DNA of 64,000 nt, taken from contig CP147780.1 of NCBI GenBank assembly GCA_037310415.1, positions 1,056,001 to 1,120,000 on the forward strand, read 5' to 3'. The notes beneath the pieces were generated by a model. That model had not been told where the DNA came from. It searched no databases and was given only the letters and a program-made list of their open reading frames with translations. The translations under genes were made by a program, and so were the position numbers. Below are positions 28,591 to 39,150 of the stretch, one piece after another (the stretch's first letter is position 1; every line of letters begins with the position of its first letter). This stretch comes from Candidatus Atabeyarchaeum deiterrae (GTDB taxonomy: Archaea; Asgardarchaeota; Atabeyarchaeia; Atabeyarchaeales; Atabeyarchaeaceae).

Positions 28591-30618
28591 TAATTGATGG
28601 ATAATCTTTCGAGATTCAGCGGAAAGCTTTCGCCATTCTGCAATCGCTCGGGCGAACGGCGATACGACTCTTATTCCTTTCTCAAGAAACATCAGTCTGT
28701 TAGCATCGGAAATATCTGAAAAGACGACAAGATAAGGAGCAATTGTCTTGTCTTCCCTAGACTTTTGTAAGGCATTGATCTTGTTCGCTGTCTGCTTAAT
28801 CGTTTTTTCGATTTCGCCCACATGTAGTTTTACCTTACATTCGTAGAAGTCAACCGTCTTTCCATCGATTTTCTCGGCAAGAACATCAATCTGCTCACCC
28901 TCCTCTTGCGTGTCACATCTTACCGATGCATACATGCTGCCTTTTTCCTCCACCAGCCAATCAAAGAACAGGTACTCGAAGAACTTGCCCTTAAGATTGC
29001 CTAGCGTGTCTTCGGTTCTCGCTTTGAGTTCAAGCAAGTTGAGCCTTCGCAATTGATCCATCTCAGCTATTCTGTCAGGAATGTTTATCTCAGTCTCTTC
29101 GTAGACTACCGTTTCAAAGACAGATGACACGCTTCGTTTTCCCAGATACTCCCTAAAGATCTCGTTGTCCACCTCTATCTCCCTGACTTCTATCAGATTC
29201 CGCTTTTCATAGCTATTCAGCAGGCTCTTAGCTTTCCTATATGATGTGATGCCAAATCCTGAATAGTCACAGGCACAGTCGAAAAATACCAGCCAACCTG
29301 AATAGTCGGAGATGCCAAGGCTACTAACAGCCTCAATCAGAATGCAATAGCTGTAATCGTATTCCTTCCTCCCCTTTTCACCTACTGGGTGCTTAAATAC
29401 TCTTATCTGAACTTTCTCAATCATATGCTCCAGCTTACGCTGTTCTACAACTCCCATCACCAAAGGGACAAATGCTGGAACACCATTGAAGACCGTGAGT
29501 TCTTGGGCATCCAAAACATTGACTTCGTACCAAAGCAAATAGTAGTTTAACTGCTTCATCACTGAAGCCTTATCTGTCTTATGCATGTAGTCAGGGTCTG
29601 TCAATCCTTTTGGTTTCAGCAGTTCACCGAATTCTTTCTTGTCAAAGCTTTCTGAGAGGACCAATATATTGTCATCAGCTCCGCGAACTGCTAGCTGATT
29701 CTCGAGGGGCAGAGATATCTCATTGTTTATCCTGTCAAAGTATCCGTCAAAAACATACCAACTTTTTCGCTCCGGGTGTCTTTCTTCACGGCGTTGAACA
29801 CTCTTCTTCCCGCTACTCGTAAGAGAGGGATCCAGCTTATGCAAATCCACGAGACAACTTTTTCCATATTGCTCTTTCCCGACTAGTCTATACCAGAGAT
29901 ATTGGAGAGCGTAGACATAGCCTGCATAGGCGCTCTTCAAAAACTGTTCTTCAGTAACGGGGTTCAGAACTGTCGCAGCGAGCTGACCTTTGGGAAAGCC
30001 ACGTTTAGTGTCATTTAGGTCTATTAGCGTATAGGCGATCGTTGAGACTTTGAGCGCTTGACTTTCAGTGACGTTCTCAACGGCAGAAATAACATGAGGC
30101 ATAACAACCTGACTTATCGAATCAAGAAAAGCAAGTAAATGCTTCGTTGAGGTTTCGAACTGTTGCCACTCCTCTGATTCCCTAATCCCTCTCGCGGCTT
30201 TCCAGATTCTCTTTATGAAGATTGTCTTTTCACAGGTGTTAGGTATATCATTTAGTGGGATACCAGTGAACCTTGCTCTGAAGAACGTATAGTCCTCAGT
30301 CAGATCCAAACCGGTTCCCATAGTGACTGAACGAATTAGGCACCTTACGCAAGTATCAACCAGAAACCTATAGCCAGCGAGCAGCTCATGCTCATCCTCA
30401 ATTCCATGGTATTCTTTCAACCAGCCTCTGAATGCTTGGGTTCCTAACGCGATCCTCAGGACACTCAACCACGCTAGAAACTCTCCAATCGCATTTGTGA
30501 ACACGGTCGCGTCGCTATTATCTTTTTTCAAAATGCAGTCCCCAATATCAAGATGACTGGGCGATTTTCCTAAATATATGTTGCATATGTCTGATTGGGG
30601 ACGCCTGAACGAAGTCAC
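28582..30618 (-). CDS. Large protein with C-terminal PD-(D/E)XK restriction-endonuclease-like domain
   Basis: KGKFFE..QIDVLA..FYECK; N-terminal ~530 aa not recognised. Confidence 0.7.
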   Translation of the reverse strand: MTSFRRPQSDICNIYLGKSPSHLDIGDCILKKDNSDATVFTNAIGEFLAWLSVLRIALGTQAFRGWLKEYHGIEDEHELLAGYRFLVDTCVRCLIRSVTMGTGLDLTEDYTFFRARFTGIPLNDIPNTCEKTIFIKRIWKAARGIRESEEWQQFETSTKHLLAFLDSISQVVMPHVISAVENVTESQALKVSTIAYTLIDLNDTKRGFPKGQLAATVLNPVTEEQFLKSAYAGYVYALQYLWYRLVGKEQYGKSCLVDLHKLDPSLTSSGKKSVQRREERHPERKSWYVFDGYFDRINNEISLPLENQLAVRGADDNILVLSESFDKKEFGELLKPKGLTDPDYMHKTDKASVMKQLNYYLLWYEVNVLDAQELTVFNGVPAFVPLVMGVVEQRKLEHMIEKVQIRVFKHPVGEKGRKEYDYSYCILIEAVSSLGISDYSGWLVFFDCACDYSGFGITSYRKAKSLLNSYEKRNLIEVREIEVDNEIFREYLGKRSVSSVFETVVYEETEINIPDRIAEMDQLRRLNLLELKARTEDTLGNLKGKFFEYLFFDWLVEEKGSMYASVRCDTQEEGEQIDVLAEKIDGKTVDFYECKVKLHVGEIEKTIKQTANKINALQKSREDKTIAPYLVVFSDISDANRLMFLEKGIRVVSPFARAIAEWRKLSAESRKIIHQLLA

Positions 30619-30680
30619 CTTTTAAGTGTCCAGTTCTGTGCAAGAAGTCGTCAACACATTTGCGGCGAAAGCCCAAGGGG

Positions 30681-30860
30681 GAGTGTTTCCAGTTGATGAG
30701 TGCCAAGCAAGTTGTTGCCTTGTGCCATCTCTTGTATGAAGCGTTATGCTGGCGTGTCAGTGGTAGCAGTATGTAGTCCATGTGGACAGGCAAGTGGCGC
30801 TACACTCTCACAACCAAAGTTAAGCGCCTCAGACGCAAGCTGTGTAGGTCTGTCGACTGC
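30681..30860 (+). pseudogene. Degenerate excisionase-type HTH remnant resembling the LAGLIDADG-HTH C-terminus
   Basis: Reads LMSAKQVVALCHLLYEALCWRVSGSSM*SMWTGKWRYTLTTKVKRLRRKL, with TAG at 30774. Confidence 0.65.
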
Positions 30861-31082
30861 CATGAATGCTGTGGAGATGTTCGGTGGTGCATCCAACACA
30901 TGACTTATTTCTTGGCGCGCTGCATGTGCGTTGTGACCATCAAGGAAAATAGAGCGAATAGTTGTGGGAGTCGACGAACGATCGACAAGCCGAGGTAGCT
31001 TCGATAGAGGATCCTCAGAAGGCGGTGTTGTCTAGCCACTTGTGGCATCGCAATATTCTTATTAGCTGCTCCTGCGACATAT

Positions 31083-31844
31083 TTGTTCATGAATGTTGAG
31101 ACCCTTAAACGGAGAATCACCTCGCTAATTAAAGAATTCCAGAAGGTGGAATCAGCGGTCCGCGCCTGGGAAAAGCGAGGCAGTTTGGCTAAGTCATTAG
31201 CCAGGGTTCTTTACTATATTGGCGAACCGTACAAACCTGAGCCAAGAGTTCGCACCAGTCCCACGCTTTATGCCAAACTCAAGGACATTATTGATAACTC
31301 GTTGAAGTTGCTGCCAGACAACAAACAGTATTTGCTTACTTCATGGAACCAGTGGCGGCGCAGTGTTGGAGAGGATGATGTCGATTCGTTGGACTCTACT
31401 CAACTTGGAGACGGAATAAAAATTCTCGACGATATTTCGGAGTTCGAAAAGAAGTCTGAAGAGAAGAAGGCTCCGCCTTCACCGAGCAGAGTCATACGCG
31501 AATGTGGAGGACTCATCGATCCGCAACTTTACGAGCTTTGTGCAGGGAAGGATTACCACGATGTGGTGACGAACGCCTTCACAGTCTTGGAGGACAGGAT
31601 ACGCAGCAAAGCGGGGCTTGACCCAAGCCACACTGGAACCAAGTTGATGGACGAGGTATTCAATCCTTCAACTGGACTACTTGTTTCTGGATCGACTCAC
31701 AATGAACGTGAATTTTTTTACTTGATTTTCCGCGGGGCTCACGGGTTTCTTCGCAATCCACCATCTCATCGCATCACAGGCGGCGAATCTGAGATTGAGC
31801 CAGTCGAAGTGATGTGTTTGGTGGATTACCCCTCAAAATCCTGA
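31083..31844 (+). CDS. TIGR02391-family protein, probably frameshifted near the 3' end
   Basis: YHDVVTNAFTVLEDRIR..GTKLMDEVF..FRGAHGFLRNPPSH; terminal helix breaks at ~31830. Confidence 0.75.
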   Translation: MFMNVETLKRRITSLIKEFQKVESAVRAWEKRGSLAKSLARVLYYIGEPYKPEPRVRTSPTLYAKLKDIIDNSLKLLPDNKQYLLTSWNQWRRSVGEDDVDSLDSTQLGDGIKILDDISEFEKKSEEKKAPPSPSRVIRECGGLIDPQLYELCAGKDYHDVVTNAFTVLEDRIRSKAGLDPSHTGTKLMDEVFNPSTGLLVSGSTHNEREFFYLIFRGAHGFLRNPPSHRITGGESEIEPVEVMCLVDYPSKS

Positions 31845-31976
31845 TGAGAGCATCAATTCGGAAATAATGAGTTTCTCGATGTCGCGTAATTCAGCAAGGC
31901 AGGTGGCAGTTTTGGAGGAGAAGGGAGCCTCGATTGCATCATGGAATTGAAAGGTTCGCTAGAGGAGTGTTAAAAG

Positions 31977-32888
31977 ATGGGGAGAACGTACTCGAATATA
32001 AGGCATAAAAGGCAATCCTACAAAGAACTGTGGTGGATTTCCTGGCTCTTTGGGTTGCCAGTAATTTTGGGAACTGCCGTGGCGATTTCGACCAATTCAT
32101 GGGCAACAAATCCTGAAGCATTCCTAACTTGGTGGATTATTAGCGAAGTTGCCGTAGTTCTAATCACGATAGTATTCTATTCACCCCGTTGGGTGAAACT
32201 TTTCAAGCACAAGCATCGTTTTGTGACAATAGGGCACCATAGATTGTGTAGAGTATGTGGATTAGTAACGGACGCGGAAGGCAAGATTGTTGGGAAGCTG
32301 CAGAAAGTGGACAAGAACAGGGCTCTCGAGAAATACAAAACTGATCAATTAATGAAAGCTGAGGAGCAGAGAGCAGAAGAGAGAAAAAGAGAAGAGCAAC
32401 TGCTTGAGAGGCTCGGAATCCCGAGACCCTTAAAGACGGAGAAGAATGACCAAGAAACCAAGCGCGTATCCAAAATTGTTCAAAGCGATGTGATTGGACG
32501 CTTTGCAGACCCAGAACAGAAACGTGTGGAAGCTGGTCTCTCCTTTGACAGAAAAGACTATTGTTCCACGGTGAACAACCTCAACACTGCTCTGGAATTG
32601 GGACTAAAAGAACTGCTGGAAATACCTGTAACAACATCGAACATCAACACTGCGAACATCATCGAGATTTGGGTTAGCAATCACTATCCTTGTTCTCTGT
32701 TTCTGTCTGAGGTAAGGAAGCATGTCTTGGATCTCGATAATAAAGTCAAGCATGAAGGATACATACCTTCACGAAAAGATTGTATCGACGGGATGAAGAG
32801 CCTGGAGGATCTATTGAAGAAGCTAAGAGAATTGAAGTTGACGGATGATATGAAGAGTAAGCTCCACGTGGGATTGAAGCTGAGATAG
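31977..32888 (+). CDS. 2TM plus coiled coil plus HEPN-like domain protein
   Basis: Two N-terminal TMs; ALELGLK..LDNKVKHEGYIPS (variant of RxxxxH). Confidence 0.6.
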   Translation: MGRTYSNIRHKRQSYKELWWISWLFGLPVILGTAVAISTNSWATNPEAFLTWWIISEVAVVLITIVFYSPRWVKLFKHKHRFVTIGHHRLCRVCGLVTDAEGKIVGKLQKVDKNRALEKYKTDQLMKAEEQRAEERKREEQLLERLGIPRPLKTEKNDQETKRVSKIVQSDVIGRFADPEQKRVEAGLSFDRKDYCSTVNNLNTALELGLKELLEIPVTTSNINTANIIEIWVSNHYPCSLFLSEVRKHVLDLDNKVKHEGYIPSRKDCIDGMKSLEDLLKKLRELKLTDDMKSKLHVGLKLR

Positions 32889-33013
32889 CGTCTTGTCTAG
32901 TCAAGGTGGTTTCTTGTCCCAATCGCTTCTCATTCTAGGGATTGCTATTCCTATCCGCAAGACCTGTCCCGAGAGTGCCTTGTCTAATTGTTAAACGAGG
33001 TCGCTGCTGGTCG

Positions 33014-33694
33014 CTACTTCAATTCAACAAAACTGAAGAACAGATGATGAATACGAAACGGGGAGCGATCCTTCTCCCTTAAGTGCGTCGAGACGTAATG
33101 TTCCCTAAAAGCAGAAACGGAAGATGCCAAAGTCATGACTTCTACTATTCTTTCTTTATCAACTCGAGTCTTTATTTCTTTGACTATTACGGCAATCCTC
33201 CCAGTATTAATATAGCCAATCAATGAGCCGACTGTGCCATTTGCACAGTACCTCCCTTCAATATAGCGATACAACCCCTGCTTAATGTATTCCCTATAGC
33301 TTCTACTGTTGCCCTCGGCTAACAGTTTGCATTCGAAACCAAAAAACGCCTCTTTTTCCCAACGATCCCTAAAACAAAAATCGATGGTTGGTGGTTTTCC
33401 TCTATCCTTAGCGTGCTCTCGATCAATCTTTTGATTTATGGGGACAACAGCCGGTGGGACGCTGGATGCAGACCAAGCAATATTGACCTCTTTAAAAAGC
33501 TCTTCGGTGATTTCGTCCTCTGACATTTGTGGTTTGACTATGCGATTTCTATACAAGGTAGTGTATGCTTCGCAAACGATTTCGAGAAGTCTGGTGATGC
33601 CCTTGTCCCCTAGATGCTTAGCAAGGTCAAAAGGGCTGCCGGTTCTGTAACCTTCTTGCAGAGAGTCATAAGTCATTGACAATTGCTTCCCCAT
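33014..33694 (-). CDS. PD-(D/E)XK nuclease partner of the adjacent methyltransferase
   Basis: EDEIT..TIDFCF..FECKLL..YIKQGL; overlaps the MTase stop. Confidence 0.7.
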   Translation of the reverse strand: MGKQLSMTYDSLQEGYRTGSPFDLAKHLGDKGITRLLEIVCEAYTTLYRNRIVKPQMSEDEITEELFKEVNIAWSASSVPPAVVPINQKIDREHAKDRGKPPTIDFCFRDRWEKEAFFGFECKLLAEGNSRSYREYIKQGLYRYIEGRYCANGTVGSLIGYINTGRIAVIVKEIKTRVDKERIVEVMTLASSVSAFREHYVSTHLREKDRSPFRIHHLFFSFVELK

Positions 33695-36657
33695 TCTTCC
33701 ATGATATCTCTATAGACTCTGTCTGCATCTGAGATTGCTGATGACTTCGTCCAATATCTCATCTGATTGGGCTTGATGATATATACACGATTTTTGGAGT
33801 ATCTTCGAAGATGCCTTCTAACGTAAACGCCCCCCGCCTTCTCGTCAATTAACTCTTGGTCCAATTGTTTCAGAACTTTATCCATCTCTTCTTCGCCTAG
33901 CTCTTCGTTCACAATTTCCCGACCATTTGGCACTAGCTGAAGAGAGATCATGCGAAGAGGTCCTTTTGCCGAATATGTTGTTCCGATGAAACTTTGACCT
34001 GGAGGTGAGAATTGGTGATTGAGAGTTTGGCACAAATTTCTCAAGTATTTCTTGACATCAGATTCAGCGGAAGGCTTGATTGCGTCAGAGTCTCCTTTAA
34101 GGCGGAAATAGTCAAGCGTAAATCTTATCGCATCTGCCACAAGTGCCTTCTCCATCTTGTCCAGACCATAGAGATTCATCAATCTGCAATTCTCGGCTTC
34201 TCGAAATTCCTCGTCCTTTGCGAGTCTTTCGAGGAATCTCATGTCAAGGTTGCCTTTAAGAATCCCCTTGGGAATGGGAATGCTCATGATTTCGTTTTTC
34301 GCTAATTCGTCTCTCTCAACGAGCCACCTGCCGCTCGTGAGCATTGCGTAATACAATGGTAAATCTGAGTTTATTGTTTCGCAGACAGCTATAAGGTCAC
34401 TAAGACACCGTTTATCGGAGTGTATTCCAATTATGGATTGTGGAAATACGGAATCTTCGACCATTACTGCGGATATTAGACCGTACCCTTTTCTAGGACT
34501 CTGTTTTATCAGTAGGTGCGGTCCTTTGTATATCTGCCTTTTTTCTGTTCTCGATCTGATGAAACGGTTTTCAGAACATCGTTTCAATGACTTGCTTTCC
34601 ACAATATACTTCTGAAGATTTTCCGCCGTGACCTCCAGTTTTCCAATTAATTCCTTAGTGAAATACCTCCTATTTCCAACGATATACCCTTCCCCATGGA
34701 TCCAACCGCGCTCACGAGCAACCCGATCTAGAGTTGGATTAGACGATAGTTTTCTGATCAATTCATAATCTCTTGGCGACCCCCACATCGCTGTTTTCCA
34801 GATTGTTTCAGATGCCAGTGCTTCCCTGAGAGGTATCTGGGCAATGTCTTGAGGTTCAATTATGAAGGATAATTCATCTTGTAGCGTAAAACTGGGTTTA
34901 GGAGAACAATAGAAGATTGACTCATCTTCTGGAGGAGGTGAAGGCGAAAAAACTATCGCAGCTCCTGGGCCTACAGCATGCGAGAAGAGTAAGTGCCTAA
35001 GGGCAGAGAAGTTGAATATCGCTTTAATCTCATATGTAGAGAAAAAGGCCTTCCTAAATTGCGAATTGCGAGATGAACGATTGAAAAGTAATGCTTTACT
35101 GGACACAATCATGCAGACTTTTCCTTCAGGCTTGCAAAGGTCAGCACTCTTCCAGAGGAAGACTTGACAGATTTGTCGGTCTCCGATTTTCTTGCGACAT
35201 AATTTGACGTATCTTTCCGCGGACTTTGAAAGTTTGCTTTCCCAAGGCGGGTTGCCCACCACCAAATCGAATTTATCATGAAGTTTCGGAATGTTTTCAA
35301 GGGAATCGGCGACAAAGAGATTACCGCCGACCAACCGCTCAAATTTCACCTCATCCCAGATGGTTTTAGGCTCTAGATAGTCGCATACAGTTAGGTAGAG
35401 ACTTAAGGCAGAGATTCTAATCGCTTTTTCATCAAGGTCAACACCAAAAATGCTATTCTTGAGTATTTTGACAAGTTCTGAGGGAGTAGGATTTTGGTAG
35501 CGATTCGATTTCTTCCAGCGAGCTACTAATCTTCGGTAACCTTCGACCAAAAAGATCCCTGAACCACATGCTGGGTCAATTATTCGCATGCTGATGTTTG
35601 GGTCTGAAAGAGGCATGACTTCATCCATTAAGAAGGCGACTAGGTGATACGGCGTATAGTGAATGCCTCTCGGCCACACTTCTTCGTTTTCCTTTTTAAG
35701 TGTGAGGAATTGTTCGTATATGCTACTTATCAATTCGACGGGTATCACGTCAAAAGAGTATAGAGGCCATAGGACCATTTGGCGAGTATCAAGATATTCT
35801 TCGCCCTTTAGCATCCTTTGCAGTAAGTCTAGGTGATCTTGCTTGATTATATTTTCTTCATCTTGCTCAACTACGAAAATATCTCCGTTGAATTTTTCAT
35901 CGAGATATCTAAAGAAGTCGTATGCCGCTTTCTTTGCGCTCAGTAAATCAGTAAAGCAAGCTGCGTCGCAATGGAACCGACTAAAGAAACCCTGTGGAAA
36001 GACACCTCGTCCTTGCGTATCTCGTCTGTCTTCAAGATATTTGATAAAAATCGAGCGAACAAGGATGGAATGAACAATTTTGGATGATAGTCCAGCACCG
36101 ATAAGTTTTCGCCTCATATAGTCAAGATTCTTGAGCAACATCTGAAAAATGCTGCTATCTGTTTTGAAAATACTTATGTTTCTACGCCAATAGTTGCCTG
36201 TTTCGAGTTCAGCTCTTTCATAGTTTCTGAACGATTTTCTCTCATTTTCGACTTCCGAGAAGACTTTGAGTTCTTCAATGAGGCCAGCTTTGTCGTCTCC
36301 TTTTTTGGGAGGTTCCAGATTATTATATATTCGAACTGCATCTGGCAGAACAATAAATAGAAGTGGGGCTTGGCCCATGTTCCATGACAGTTTGTGCAAT
36401 TCAGCTATTTTGGAAGCGGTCGGATGCTCCATTAGTTTGAAGTATATTAACGGTATGGAAGACCCGCCTCTCTGAGGTCTGAGAAAGTATATTGCATCAA
36501 TACCCAGCTTTTTTATTGAGTCTGCAATAATTTGCCTGACATAGGCATCTTCGGTCGAGAGAACATCAGTGACGAGTCCATTATATTTCGAGAAGTCGAG
36601 AAGAGAACAAACCTGTTCAAAGGATGCCTGACTCTTTGGTTTGCCGTTAACTGACAT
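33673..36657 (-). CDS. N6-adenine DNA methyltransferase, type IIG/Eco57I-like, with target-recognition domain
   Basis: ELISSIYE, HYTP, IDPACGSGIFL and VGNPPW. Confidence 0.9.
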   Translation of the reverse strand: MSVNGKPKSQASFEQVCSLLDFSKYNGLVTDVLSTEDAYVRQIIADSIKKLGIDAIYFLRPQRGGSSIPLIYFKLMEHPTASKIAELHKLSWNMGQAPLLFIVLPDAVRIYNNLEPPKKGDDKAGLIEELKVFSEVENERKSFRNYERAELETGNYWRRNISIFKTDSSIFQMLLKNLDYMRRKLIGAGLSSKIVHSILVRSIFIKYLEDRRDTQGRGVFPQGFFSRFHCDAACFTDLLSAKKAAYDFFRYLDEKFNGDIFVVEQDEENIIKQDHLDLLQRMLKGEEYLDTRQMVLWPLYSFDVIPVELISSIYEQFLTLKKENEEVWPRGIHYTPYHLVAFLMDEVMPLSDPNISMRIIDPACGSGIFLVEGYRRLVARWKKSNRYQNPTPSELVKILKNSIFGVDLDEKAIRISALSLYLTVCDYLEPKTIWDEVKFERLVGGNLFVADSLENIPKLHDKFDLVVGNPPWESKLSKSAERYVKLCRKKIGDRQICQVFLWKSADLCKPEGKVCMIVSSKALLFNRSSRNSQFRKAFFSTYEIKAIFNFSALRHLLFSHAVGPGAAIVFSPSPPPEDESIFYCSPKPSFTLQDELSFIIEPQDIAQIPLREALASETIWKTAMWGSPRDYELIRKLSSNPTLDRVARERGWIHGEGYIVGNRRYFTKELIGKLEVTAENLQKYIVESKSLKRCSENRFIRSRTEKRQIYKGPHLLIKQSPRKGYGLISAVMVEDSVFPQSIIGIHSDKRCLSDLIAVCETINSDLPLYYAMLTSGRWLVERDELAKNEIMSIPIPKGILKGNLDMRFLERLAKDEEFREAENCRLMNLYGLDKMEKALVADAIRFTLDYFRLKGDSDAIKPSAESDVKKYLRNLCQTLNHQFSPPGQSFIGTTYSAKGPLRMISLQLVPNGREIVNEELGEEEMDKVLKQLDQELIDEKAGGVYVRRHLRRYSKNRVYIIKPNQMRYWTKSSAISDADRVYRDIMEEWGSNCQ

Positions 36658-36890
36658 CAGGGCTCACCTTCTGTGAAGGCATCTTTTCTCCACCAAATCC
36701 AAGTTCCTTTGGCTGCTCCCACTCTTTTGCCTCTGATGAGTCCGTCTCCGCGTAGGTCTCGGAGTCTCAGGAGTATCTTGTTCCTTGTTACATTCGACAA
36801 TATCTCCTGTAGTTCTCCAGTCTCCATTGGCTCGTCATGACTATTAATGATTTTGATGATGGCTTCGATCGTTCTATCATTTGGCTTCAT
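36657..36890 (-). CDS. Small wHTH regulator heading the R-M operon (ATG at 36890)
   Basis: PMETGEL..VTRNKILLRLRDLRGDGLIRGKRV..WIWW; stop overlaps the MTase start. Confidence 0.75.
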   Translation of the reverse strand: MKPNDRTIEAIIKIINSHDEPMETGELQEILSNVTRNKILLRLRDLRGDGLIRGKRVGAAKGTWIWWRKDAFTEGEP

Positions 36891-36918
36891 TGGTAGAGTC
36901 ACTTGTATTTTCACTAGG

Positions 36919-36960
36919 AAATGTATATATAACACTATTTAAAGTAGCATATATAGATTT
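36919..36960. promoter_or_regulatory. Inverted repeat flanking a TATA box; candidate operator
   Basis: AAATGTATATAT-n18 (containing TTTAAA)-ATATATAGATTT, 11/12 complementary. Confidence 0.55.
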
Positions 36961-37015
36961 GTAAGGGGATGCTCATACCCGGCAATTTGCACATTAATAT
37001 GGCTGATCCGACTTA

Positions 37016-37644
37016 GTGTTTACTGGTGAGAGCATGGACATCATGCTATATCTCAGGGAATTTGTCATCAAGATCCCCTGTGGAATCGAAATCTATAGTG
37101 AAGCGAGCATCAAATATGAGTTGGCTTTTTACCTTCGAGGCGTATTAGGCAAAAAATACAAAATTCAGCTAGAAAGAAACATAGATTTCTTCCAGCTCTC
37201 AAAAGAGAAATATTGGAAAAAAGAAATGGATATTGTGGTCTTCACTCCGGATGAAGAAGGAAACACTGCATTGAGTTGAAATTCCCTGCCCAAGGTCAAT
37301 ATCCTGAGCAGATGTTTAGTGCCTGTAAGGACATAGCTTTTCTGCAACAACTGGTAGAATCAGGTTTCAACGAATGCTACTTTATGATGTTTGCCAATGA
37401 CCCACTATTCTATTCAGATAAAGGCGATGATGGGATTTACAGAATGTTCAGGAAGGAGAAGTTGATCAAAGGAGAGATTAGAAAGCCAACAGGAAAGAAA
37501 GATGAGATATTGCATATCGATGGAGAATATAAGATAAAGTGGGAAACTTTAGAAAGCAGTCTAAAGTTTTTCATCATAGAGGTCAAAACCTGGACGACAG
37601 AGTTATTCGATTTTCTTTGCCGAGCGCGCATGGAGTGTGAATAG
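37016..37644 (+). pseudogene. Frameshifted PD-(D/E)XK nuclease-like gene (ORFs 37016..37279 and 37276..37644)
   Basis: EMDIVV in one frame continues as HCIELKFP..GQYPEQMF in another; shift near 37255-37263. Confidence 0.75.
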
Positions 37645-37656
37645 TCCCCCTTTCTG

Positions 37657-37721
37657 GTCTTTGGAGGGGGTCATTTTCCGACGCTGAGGTTTAGCGCCTT
37701 AAGGGTGAACTTAGTAGGAAG
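37657..37721 (+). repeat. Remnant of the HTH terminal helix
   Basis: Reads GLWRGSFSDAEV*RLKGELSRK; GTTTAGCGCCTTAAGGGTGAACTTA is 20/25 identical to the 40318 copy. Confidence 0.65.
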
Positions 37722-38263
37722 CAGAGAACGCTAGAAATGCCAGCATAAGTGTTGAATAACGCACTCAGCTTGATTCTCGTCCACAACCTATTGACCTATA
37801 GGGATTTTTGAGTGTTAATGAGAGGGGGAAAACTAAGAGAGAAGATAATGGCACCTGATATAAAAGACTCAGCCGAATATGCAAGACCAAAAAGAAAGTG
37901 TGAGACGCGCATTTGGTTCGTCATTTCTTAAGCCCCTGTTAAATAGAGTCTTACGCGATAAGGAGCGAAAGTCTAGCAAGTGACAACTGAAGGTCTATTG
38001 GAGTCGTATCGTTTCAGGGATTGGAAAGAGTGAGGCGGAGAGTTTTCTTTTATGTCTAGTCTTCTGGTTTTCTTTTTCTAAGAACCATCTCGCCGTCCAA
38101 GATTGGACGGGAAGAGAGTCGCTGAGAGCTACGTTTTAGCACTCCAAACCGGCAAAGGACGATGATGATTAGAAGGGTCAATGGCTTGTCAGGCGAACCA
38201 CACAACATCATGGGTCGTTGATACTTCGGTGATAGGTGCGCCCTCTTGGATGTGCACGAATCG

Positions 38264-39016
38264 TTATGGCCAGATTCCACCTGTTCGAACAAAGACTCCT
38301 CCAAATAGCCATAGAAGCAAAACTACTATGAATGCAGACACCAGATCAGGAGGTGATTGCAGACCACTAGGGACACCTATAAGTTGCAGGCACCTCACAA
38401 AAGTGAAGATCGCGGTAGCACCCGTCAAAGCGAAGAACAATCCACCCCAAACGAAGTGTCGCGCCACCGCTTCGTTTACTCTTTTGTCCTTGGCTTGCTT
38501 CTTCCGTGTTCGGAGTCTACTTTGAAACACTCCAAGAAGATTCTTCCACATGGAGCTAATAACCACGTAAATTATGATAATCAACACAATTATGAATAAG
38601 ATGAGAAGAAAGAGACTCAATAGAACTCTTGTTTCCAGAAAGGGGTAATATGAAATCATCACGCCAATCAACGGGATGACAAATGTCTCCCCTCCAGTCA
38701 GTGCTACAACCGATAGGAGAAATAGAAGGAACTTCCATGCACCCAGTCTTTCAGAAACGTTGTCTTCCATTATCCCGCAGTAAACGCCCACATAAAATGG
38801 ATACACGCTCACAGAAGCAATAAGGAAGGGTAAGTAGTCTCTAAGGGCGCCAAGGTAAATGTTCAGCAAGGTAAAGAGGAAGACGATGATTGTGAATGTG
38901 AACAAGAAGGTAGTGTCAAATCAGGAAAGAGCACTTCTCTCTTCCATGGGCTCCCTTAGCCTATTTGTTCGGGAAGCGATCGGCTTCTGCCGCCTTCGCG
39001 TTCGTCTTTCAGTCAT
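38264..39016 (-). pseudogene. Multi-pass membrane protein gene with an in-frame TGA at 38921-38923
   Basis: ATG at 39016 is in frame with ORF 38264..38905; MTERRT..ALS*FDTTFLFTF..; about 6 TM. Confidence 0.55.
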
Positions 39017-39150
39017 TCTTGCCCCTTCAACCCTGCCATAGTAAGTGTCTTCGATTGTTGCCTGCTAGGCTAAGACTTGGATTATATATATTTGGTCCCC
39101 GATAACCTAGTTGGTTATCCAAAAAGGCGTGAGGGGCGTAGTGAAGGATA

